Part shown: in pieces, positions 57,366-64,000 of the stretch
Layout: each line of letters starts with the position of its first letter
Numbering within the stretch: position 1 is the stretch's first letter
Assembly: GCA_028278455.1 (NCBI GenBank)
Contig: JANQEH010000308.1
Span: forward strand, 13,491 to 77,490
From: a bacterium
Lineage (GTDB): Bacteria; SM23-31
Direction: 5' to 3'
DNA length: 64,000 bases
Notes under the pieces: generated by a model
What the model was told of the DNA's origin: nothing
Database searches by the model: none
What the model saw: only the letters and a program-made list of their open reading frames with translations
Position numbers and translations under genes: made by a program

Positions 57366-58604
57366 ATGCTGAATTACATTTCCCATATTAAAATAAACCG
57401 GTTATTGATTGTTTGGTCAAGTCTTATAGTGTTTATTGCCGGGCAGTCTGAAGCTGGAGCACAGACGGCCCGGCAGGATCGAATAATTCATAATGGTAAT
57501 AAAGGGCTCTGGGGAAATAATCCAAAGGCAGCACTGGTTTTTATAAATAAGATCGGAAGCTTTGACAGCAGAGATGAGAACTATAACTTCTATGTACCAT
57601 CGGATATTGTGGTTGATAAGAACGGTAACATTTATATTCTCGACACAGGTAACCACCGGATACAGAAATTTGATATGTCCGGAAAATATCTTGCAACCTT
57701 AGGTGAAAAAGGACAGGGGCCGGTTGAGTTTAATATGCCCTATTCGTTGGATATAGATGATGAAAACAGGCTGATTATATGTGATCAGGGAAATCTCAGG
57801 ATTCAAGTATTAAACACTGACGGGAAAAGCATTGAAACTGTGAATTTCAGCCATTCGATCGGGACTATCAGGCAGTTTTCGACGGGAGATATACTTATGG
57901 GCGGAGCAGGCATGTTTTCTGGACTGTTACCCGGCAGCGAACTTGAAGAGCAGCCTGGACTCGTCAGACTATTCACCGGAAGAGGCGAATCGAAGGGTAC
58001 TTTCGGAATCCCCCTTAATTATAATGATATTATGCTTAATCTTCAGGGAAATAAATTTCATTTTACAATTGATAAATATGATAATGTTTATCTTGCTTTT
58101 AACTACCAGAACAGGATCGATAAGTACTCTCCAGAAGGTGAACTTCTGCTTAAAATAGACAGGAAGCTTAATTACGATACAACTCCGCCTCTGCCGGATA
58201 AAGACAATCTGGATGTTTCGAGCACCGGAGCAGGAAGGCGTGTAACTATGATGCTTCCGCATATGAAAGATGTTTCAAGCGGTATAGCCGTTGATTCCAA
58301 GGATAGAATCTGGGTAGTGACCGCGAAAAGGCAGATCAGTAAGAATGAGAGAATTTTTCAGAATTACAATGTCAATACCGGCGGTTCAGGTCACAGGGAT
58401 CTTGATATCAAGGTCTTCGGGAATACTGAAATAACCGAGACCGATATGTATGAATTGCAGATATTCAGAAAAGACGGAAAACTGTTATGGAAATTACCAT
58501 TGGACCATTTTGCGGACGACATCAGGATTTTTAATGACAGGTTGTTTATTCTTGACAAATACAGAGGAATGAATTATTACGAGTACAGAATTGTAGATAG
58601 ATAG
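57366..58604 (+). CDS. Secreted NHL-repeat beta-propeller protein (3 of 3)
   Basis: ATG 57366 after GGAGGAG; YILDTGNHRIQKFD and LDKYRGMNYYEYRI. Confidence 0.88.
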   Translation: MLNYISHIKINRLLIVWSSLIVFIAGQSEAGAQTARQDRIIHNGNKGLWGNNPKAALVFINKIGSFDSRDENYNFYVPSDIVVDKNGNIYILDTGNHRIQKFDMSGKYLATLGEKGQGPVEFNMPYSLDIDDENRLIICDQGNLRIQVLNTDGKSIETVNFSHSIGTIRQFSTGDILMGGAGMFSGLLPGSELEEQPGLVRLFTGRGESKGTFGIPLNYNDIMLNLQGNKFHFTIDKYDNVYLAFNYQNRIDKYSPEGELLLKIDRKLNYDTTPPLPDKDNLDVSSTGAGRRVTMMLPHMKDVSSGIAVDSKDRIWVVTAKRQISKNERIFQNYNVNTGGSGHRDLDIKVFGNTEITETDMYELQIFRKDGKLLWKLPLDHFADDIRIFNDRLFILDKYRGMNYYEYRIVDR

Positions 58605-58623
58605 AAATTCATTTCTACCACCT

Positions 58624-58656
58624 AAAAGCCCTCATAATTTATTATGGGGGTTTTTT
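58624..58656 (+). terminator. Intrinsic terminator
   Basis: AAAAGCCCTCATAA-loop-TTATGGGGGTTTTTT. Confidence 0.75.
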
Positions 58657-58703
58657 ATTTGTCATGTAGAGAAATACATTGTATATTGATTCTCGAAGAA
58701 TAT

Positions 58704-58729
58704 TGAAACCGGATACGATCTATGTCGTA
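58704..58729 (+). promoter_or_regulatory. SigW-like ECF promoter
   Basis: Exact TGAAAC-N16-CGTA about 28 nt before ATG 58758; contains the dyad GGATACGA-N6-TCGTATCC (58711-58732). Confidence 0.7.
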
Positions 58730-58757
58730 TCCTGAAAGGATTATATAAAAATAAAAA

Positions 58758-59240
58758 ATGGAGCAAGCTATGAAAAGAAAACCTTTAGTATTATCTGTTT
58801 GTGTAGTAATATGCGCTGCGATGTTCTTCTCTCTAACAGGTTTTATCTCTTATAAAGCTGAAGAGGATGCTGTCAAAAAGGTGATTACAGCATCATATTT
58901 TAACGGTGCTTTTAACGATTTGGACACAAAGGCGATGGCAAAAGGATTCCATGCTGATTTTGCCATTTATTCAGCAAAAGGGGAAGACATCAGTAAATAT
59001 CCCATAAAAACATGGATCAACAATATAGAATCCCGTAAAAAAAGAGACGATTTTGATCCGGCCGGATCAAAAATGGACTGTCGAATTCTTGAAGTCGATG
59101 TTACAGGCGGAGCGGCGAATGCAAAAGTTGATATGCATAAGAACGGGACGAAGATTTATACAGATTATCTTCTACTTCTGAAATTTGACAGCGGTTGGAA
59201 GATTGTGGGAAAGGTATATCACCAGCACGGTAACAGATAA
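58758..59240 (+). CDS. Exported NTF2-fold (putative lumazine-binding family) protein
   Basis: N-terminal hydrophobic segment; AVKKVI..YFNG...KGFH, VDVTGGAANAKV and YTDYLLLLKFDSGWKIVGK. Confidence 0.85.
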   Translation: MEQAMKRKPLVLSVCVVICAAMFFSLTGFISYKAEEDAVKKVITASYFNGAFNDLDTKAMAKGFHADFAIYSAKGEDISKYPIKTWINNIESRKKRDDFDPAGSKMDCRILEVDVTGGAANAKVDMHKNGTKIYTDYLLLLKFDSGWKIVGKVYHQHGNR

Positions 59241-59253
59241 AATACTCGATAAC

Positions 59254-59283
59254 AAAGCCTCTGCAATTATGCAGGGGCTTTAT
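59254..59283 (+). terminator. Intrinsic terminator
   Basis: AAAGCCTCTGCA-atta-TGCAGGGGCTTTT. Confidence 0.7.
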
Positions 59284-59431
59284 ATGTCTCTTACTATTTT
59301 CCAAAAAAAATATTGAACTTTTAGTATTATTTAGATTATATTACCCCTAATCAGGAGTTTTGCAGCCCCGGTTACTTCCAGTATTTCTATTCGCATTATT
59401 AATATACTAAAAATAAGCAGGGGATGGATTT

Positions 59432-62400
59432 ATGATCAAAATTGCCAAAGGAATCATTGCGCCGCCTGTTTTTGACAATGAAGAACAGAACAGAACACTT
59501 GCAATCCTGAATGTCCTCCTTTTTGCCTCTCTCAGTGTATTATTAGTAAGGATGATCTCTTTTGTTTTTCTCGAAAGTGTTGAAAAATATGAGTTATACA
59601 CTGTACCGCTTCTCGTGTTAGGTGTTATTTTCGCAATAGTCATTGCAAGAAAAGGTTATGTTCATACAATTTCTTTTCTTTTGATCTGGTCACTCTGGAT
59701 TAGGGCTACATTCAGATTTTTCGGGTATGATATAGCAGGACTAATAAATATAGGAATTGCAGGTTATTACATTATCCTGATTGCTGCTGAACTTCTCCTC
59801 GGCAGAAGATCGCTTGTGTTCTTTACAATTCTGACATTCCTTACAATGACCGGAATATATTTTGCCGGGACAAATGGGATTATTCTTCCTGAAAACAATC
59901 CTATAGACAGTCCGAATATTCTTATTGCATATTCAGTAAACCTTATAATTCTGGTGTTTTTTCTTAATGAGCACCAAAAAAGAATATCCTCAACAAGAGA
60001 CTATAATCGATCCCGTACTATGCTGCAGTTGGTACTTGACAATATTCCCCAGTTCGTTTTCTGGAAAGACAAAGAATCAGTATATCTCGGCTGCAATAAG
60101 AATTTTGCGCGAGCTGCAGGTGTTGAAAGTACGGAAGAAATCGTAGGGAAAAAGGATCATGAACTTGCCTGGAAGAAAGAAGAGGCAGATTTCTTCTTAG
60201 AATGCGACCGGAGGGTTATGGGTAATAATAAGGGTGAGTATCATATAATTGAGCCACAATTACAGGCAGACAGTAAGCAGGCGTGGCTAGATACTAACAA
60301 GATACCGCTTCATGACTCATCAGGCAATGTCGTCGGTATACTAGGTACATATGAAGATATAACTGACAGAATCGAAACAGAGAAGCTTCTCAGCGAAAAT
60401 GAGAAGAAATACAGAACGCTCATTGAAAACATAAATGTCGGAATATACAGGACTATTTCGAATCCGGAAGGTAAATTTCTCCACGTCAATCTGGAATTCG
60501 TTAAAATGCTCGGATATGATTCAGTTGATGAATTGCTTGAAATTAAAGTTGAAGATACCTACGAGGAGCCGGAAAAACGAAAAGAGATATTGGAACTAAT
60601 CAAACAGCATGGATTTTTTAAAGATATTGAACTGAGACTCAAACGTAAAGACGGAACTATAATCTGGACGGAAATATCCGGATCGCTTCAGAAAGACGAA
60701 GAAGGTATAGAATACATTGACGGTATAGTAGTTGATATCACGAACAGAAAACTGACAGAACTGGCGCTGGTCGAAACAGAGGATAAACTCATGACAGTCG
60801 CTCAGAATTTACCAGTAATTGTCTGGTCAGCGAATAAAGACGGGATACTGCTGCTATCAGAAGGGAAAGGGCTTGAATCACTGGGACTAAAACCCGGTGA
60901 GAATGTTGGAAAATCATTATTTGACCTTTATGGAGAATTACCGGATTTGAATGCCAGTTTGAATAAGGTATATTCAGGGAAAGCTGTGAATATAAATGTT
61001 AATATTGGAAAAGCGTATTTCGAGGCCTGGGCTTCACCTTTGCTTGATGAAAGGGGAAAAGTAAGGGGAGCTTCGGGTTTATTATTGGATATAACTGCCA
61101 GGAGGAAGGTTGAAGAGGCCCTATTAGAAACAGAAACAAATTATAAGAGCCTTTTTGAAAATGCCAATGACGCAATAATAATAATAGAACCTGAATCAGG
61201 AAGAATCCTTGAAGCAAATAAAATAGCACTGGAATTATATGGATATGATCATGAAGTAATTATTGAAAAATCCCTTTTTGATCTCTGTAAAGACAGCTCC
61301 AGTATCAGGGAAAGGATAGCAACTCTTATTCAGGGTACCAAGCTCGGCAACTTCGAAACCGTTCAATATGACATTGAGAATGAGGAGATAGAATTACTCG
61401 TCAACGCTTCACTTATTGAATATGAAGGAAGATCCGCGATTTTGAGTATTCATCATGATATTACTGAGATTAACAGGATGCGGGATCAATTGAACAGGTC
61501 TCAGAAGATGGAGTCTTTAGGGCGTCTTGCAGGGGCTGTAGCGCATGATTTAAACCACATTTTGACAGGTCTTGTAACCTATCCGGACCTGCTCTTGCTG
61601 GATATAGACAAAAACGATCCATTCCGTTCAAAAATTGAATCAATAAAGAAATCAGGACAGAGGGCAGCAGAACTTGTGCAGGATCTTCTGACCATGGCAA
61701 GAGGTGGGATCGTTAATACAGAAACTGTAAACCTTAACGATATAATTACCGAATTTCTGGGTTCTACCGAAGTGAAGCAGATGAAAAAATCAAAAGCCGA
61801 TATCTCTATCGATATTGGGCTGGAACCGTTTCTAAAGGATATAGAATGCTCAAAGATCCAAATGCTGAAGGTACTTTACAATTTATTTTTTAATGCGGTT
61901 GAAGCAATGCCCGGTGAGGGCAGAATATATATATCTACATCAAATAAATCGGTTACCAATCATGTTAAAGGGTATGATGATATCCCATCGGGAAATTATG
62001 TCGTACTAAGTGTTTCCGATACTGGAACAGGGATCAGCAATGAAGATATCCAGTATATTTTTGAACCGTATTTCTCCAAGAAAGTCCTTGGAAGAAGCGG
62101 ATCCGGTATAGGTTTGTCGGTTGTATGGAATGTTGTAAAGAATCTAAACGGATTTATTGACGTTCGCAGTGAGATCGAAATGGGGACAGTTTTTGACCTT
62201 TATATACCTTCGGCAAGGATGAAGAAGGGGGCTGCTGATGATATTCCGGACCTCGTAGATCTTTTTGGAAACGGTGAGACGATTCTATTGATAGATGATG
62301 AACCTGAGCAGAGAGAGATTGGGGTATTCCTGCTTAGTAAGCTGAATTACAGACCATTTGAATCGTCCAGCGGGGAAGAGGCAGTAGAATTTCTGCAACA

Positions 62401-62635
62401 AAACAGGATCGACCTTCTTTTGATCGATATGCTTCTTGGTTCAGGTATAGACGGATTGGAGACATTTAAAAGAACGCTCGAGATAGTACCGGATCAAAAA
62501 GCTATAATTGTTAGTGGTTTCTCAGGATCAGATAAGATAAAACAGGCCCAGGAACTGGGAGCAAAAGGTTTTATCAGGAAACCTTTCACGATAAAAGAAA
62601 TTGGTGAAAAAATCAAAAAAGTACTTCAGGTTTGA
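59432..62635 (+). CDS. Membrane-bound hybrid sensor histidine kinase with four PAS domains and a receiver domain
   Basis: Multi-TM N-terminus, four PAS/PAC repeats, H-box [28 protein letters not shown] and a C-terminal receiver (IDDE...ID...KPF). Confidence 0.93.
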   Translation: MIKIAKGIIAPPVFDNEEQNRTLAILNVLLFASLSVLLVRMISFVFLESVEKYELYTVPLLVLGVIFAIVIARKGYVHTISFLLIWSLWIRATFRFFGYDIAGLINIGIAGYYIILIAAELLLGRRSLVFFTILTFLTMTGIYFAGTNGIILPENNPIDSPNILIAYSVNLIILVFFLNEHQKRISSTRDYNRSRTMLQLVLDNIPQFVFWKDKESVYLGCNKNFARAAGVESTEEIVGKKDHELAWKKEEADFFLECDRRVMGNNKGEYHIIEPQLQADSKQAWLDTNKIPLHDSSGNVVGILGTYEDITDRIETEKLLSENEKKYRTLIENINVGIYRTISNPEGKFLHVNLEFVKMLGYDSVDELLEIKVEDTYEEPEKRKEILELIKQHGFFKDIELRLKRKDGTIIWTEISGSLQKDEEGIEYIDGIVVDITNRKLTELALVETEDKLMTVAQNLPVIVWSANKDGILLLSEGKGLESLGLKPGENVGKSLFDLYGELPDLNASLNKVYSGKAVNINVNIGKAYFEAWASPLLDERGKVRGASGLLLDITARRKVEEALLETETNYKSLFENANDAIIIIEPESGRILEANKIALELYGYDHEVIIEKSLFDLCKDSSSIRERIATLIQGTKLGNFETVQYDIENEEIELLVNASLIEYEGRSAILSIHHDITEINRMRDQLNRSQKMESLGRLAGAVAHDLNHILTGLVTYPDLLLLDIDKNDPFRSKIESIKKSGQRAAELVQDLLTMARGGIVNTETVNLNDIITEFLGSTEVKQMKKSKADISIDIGLEPFLKDIECSKIQMLKVLYNLFFNAVEAMPGEGRIYISTSNKSVTNHVKGYDDIPSGNYVVLSVSDTGTGISNEDIQYIFEPYFSKKVLGRSGSGIGLSVVWNVVKNLNGFIDVRSEIEMGTVFDLYIPSARMKKGAADDIPDLVDLFGNGETILLIDDEPEQREIGVFLLSKLNYRPFESSSGEEAVEFLQQNRIDLLLIDMLLGSGIDGLETFKRTLEIVPDQKAIIVSGFSGSDKIKQAQELGAKGFIRKPFTIKEIGEKIKKVLQV

Positions 62636-62639
62636 TAAG

Positions 62640-63011
62640 CTAATCTGGAATATCAAAAGGACAAAGCTGGTAAACAGCATTGTAGAATTTCGATTCTTCT
62701 ATAGGTTTTGCAAGGAAACCTCTTGCGCCGATCTTGCTTAGTTTCATGATTTTATCTTTTGTAAGGAATCCTGAGACAATTAATGTTGGCTGCTGCCTGC
62801 TGAGTTTATTAAGTATATTGAGAACTTGTTCACCATCGAGACCCGGCATCTTCAGGTCAAGAAGTATTACATCGTAGCTGTTTTTTTTTGCCATTTTAAT
62901 TCCGTCCCATCCATCTTCAGCTTCCTCGACGATAAATGAGACTTTTCTCAACATATCACCAAATAAATTTCTACTCGTAATATCATCATCAATTATTAAT
63001 GCAGACTTCAT
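62640..63011 (-). CDS. Single-domain response regulator (CheY-like)
   Basis: LIIDDD, ILLDLKMPGLDG, VSG and AKP. Confidence 0.92.
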   Translation of the reverse strand: MKSALIIDDDITSRNLFGDMLRKVSFIVEEAEDGWDGIKMAKKNSYDVILLDLKMPGLDGEQVLNILNKLSRQQPTLIVSGFLTKDKIMKLSKIGARGFLAKPIEESKFYNAVYQLCPFDIPD

Positions 63012-63261
63012 TAGGACTCCAATTATTCGAGATGCAAATCAAATCTAATAAATTGTTTCAGTCAAAACAATTATTTTTTCATCATTTTTTGCTAATAGTA
63101 ATATCCACTCATTTACAGTCTGTATTCAATAATTATTACTTACTGCTGAAATAATAAAACATACTGAATTCAAGAACGTATTTAAAATTACTGGAATATT
63201 TTTGTTCCAGTGATTAATTTACAGTATTGGTCTTACCTGAAAGAACAAACGGATTAAATAT

Positions 63262-64000
63262 TTGCTGTTCAATTACCTGAAAATAGCTTTAAGGAACATT
63301 AAAAAGCATAAGGTATATTCCTTCGTCAATATATTCGGGCTCTCTTTGGGGATAGGATGCTGCATCCTGATCTTCCTATATGTTTTAGATGAATTGAGTT
63401 ATGACAGATTTCATGAAAACTCAGGAAGAATATATAGACTTCTGGAGGAGATCCAGTTAAGGAACAGGAAATACACACCATCTGCGATCCCTGCTCCGAT
63501 CGGTATTGTGATGAAGGATGAGTATCCCGAAATTATTAACTGCGTCAGATTATTCAGGCTTCCGAATGAAGAGAAGACAGTAATCCGGATAGGATCAGAA
63601 AGATTTGAAGAGGCAGGTCTGCTTTTTGCCGATACAACATTCTTCAGAGTATTCGATTTCACGTTTATTAATGGTTCTTCAAGAAATGCTCTTGCAGATC
63701 CAAATTCAGTTATCTTGACAAAGGAGATTGCAGAAAAGTATTTTGGTGATGAAGATCCGATCGATAAAAGGATCAGTATTAAAAATGAGTTTGACCTGAC
63801 AGTGTCCGGAGTTGTGGATAATATTCCGGGTAACTCTCATTTCAAGTTCAGTATTCTTTTGCCTGTTGAACTTGTCAGCGACCTTTATAATCCGCATTCA
63901 TTAAATGACTGGCAGGATAATTTATTTTATACATATCTTTTGCTGGGTGAAAATGCAGATGCAAATGCTCTTGAAGAAAAATTTGATGATTTCATCAGGC
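63262..64000 (+). CDS. MacB/FtsX-type ABC permease (partial, runs off the right edge; absent from the ORF track)
   Basis: Manual translation from TTG 63262: MLFNYLKIALRNIKKHKVYSFVNIFGLSLGIGCCILIFLYVLDELSYDRFHEN..., paralogous to the 42.9-53.3 kb permeases but without the prefix domain. Confidence 0.88.
   Translation, partial: MLFNYLKIALRNIKKHKVYSFVNIFGLSLGIGCCILIFLYVLDELSYDRFHENSGRIYRLLEEIQLRNRKYTPSAIPAPIGIVMKDEYPEIINCVRLFRLPNEEKTVIRIGSERFEEAGLLFADTTFFRVFDFTFINGSSRNALADPNSVILTKEIAEKYFGDEDPIDKRISIKNEFDLTVSGVVDNIPGNSHFKFSILLPVELVSDLYNPHSLNDWQDNLFYTYLLLGENADANALEEKFDDFIR

Noticed and set aside
58711..58732. Third BlaI operator upstream of the NTF2 gene
   Set aside because: The dyad TACGA-N6-TCGTA is one base shorter than the TACTA-N7-TAGTA geometry of the two clear sites; kept only as an unassigned palindrome.
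1751..63897. Numerous 60-155 aa ORFs antisense to or nested within long genes in the ORF track
   Set aside because: They lie inside well-supported genes, show no recognisable motifs and are expected shadow ORFs.
1..64000. CRISPR array, diversity-generating retroelement, IS element, tRNA or rRNA
   Set aside because: No regularly spaced repeats, reverse transcriptase, transposase, integrase or recognisable structural RNA were seen; paralog similarity is at protein level, not near-identical template/variable repeats.

Overview
A chromosomal segment from a diderm bacterium, most likely a non-Bacteroidota member of the FCB superphylum. This is inferred from a full-length SprA type IX secretion translocon, a YbeY with the HGxLHLLGYKD variant, an archaeal-type ProRS, and sigma70-style promoters with Shine-Dalgarno sites. 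The left part (1-18 kb) is mostly housekeeping: sprA, ybeY, a PgpH-like HD protein, acyl-CoA dehydrogenase, proS and a JAB-DinG helicase fusion. The rest is dominated by envelope-related operons built from tandem paralog arrays, each headed by a one-component repressor. (i) A GntR-GAF-PP2C fusion plus a YtrA-type GntR, an ABC ATPase, four divergent small membrane proteins and a NatB-like permease. (ii) An ECF sigma factor, ZAS anti-sigma, ABC transporter and lipoprotein. (iii) PadR plus four MacB/FtsX-type permeases with no ATPase. (iv) BlaI/BlaR plus three secreted NHL beta-propellers. The strongest signal not explained by gene calls is regulatory. SigW-like ECF promoter motifs (AAC-N16/17-CGT; twice the exact TGAAAC-N16-CGTA) precede five transcription units, and in three of them the motif is overlapped or bracketed by a visible operator for the local repressor, suggesting a layered sigma-AND-derepression regulon. 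Other oddities are an orphan PduS-PduT microcompartment pair, a MocR gene with an apparent premature TGA, a catalytically degenerate secreted thermonuclease lacking a canonical start codon, and several REP-like palindromes. I found no CRISPR array, tRNA, rRNA, transposase or integrase. All family calls come from motif recognition by eye; no database search was run.
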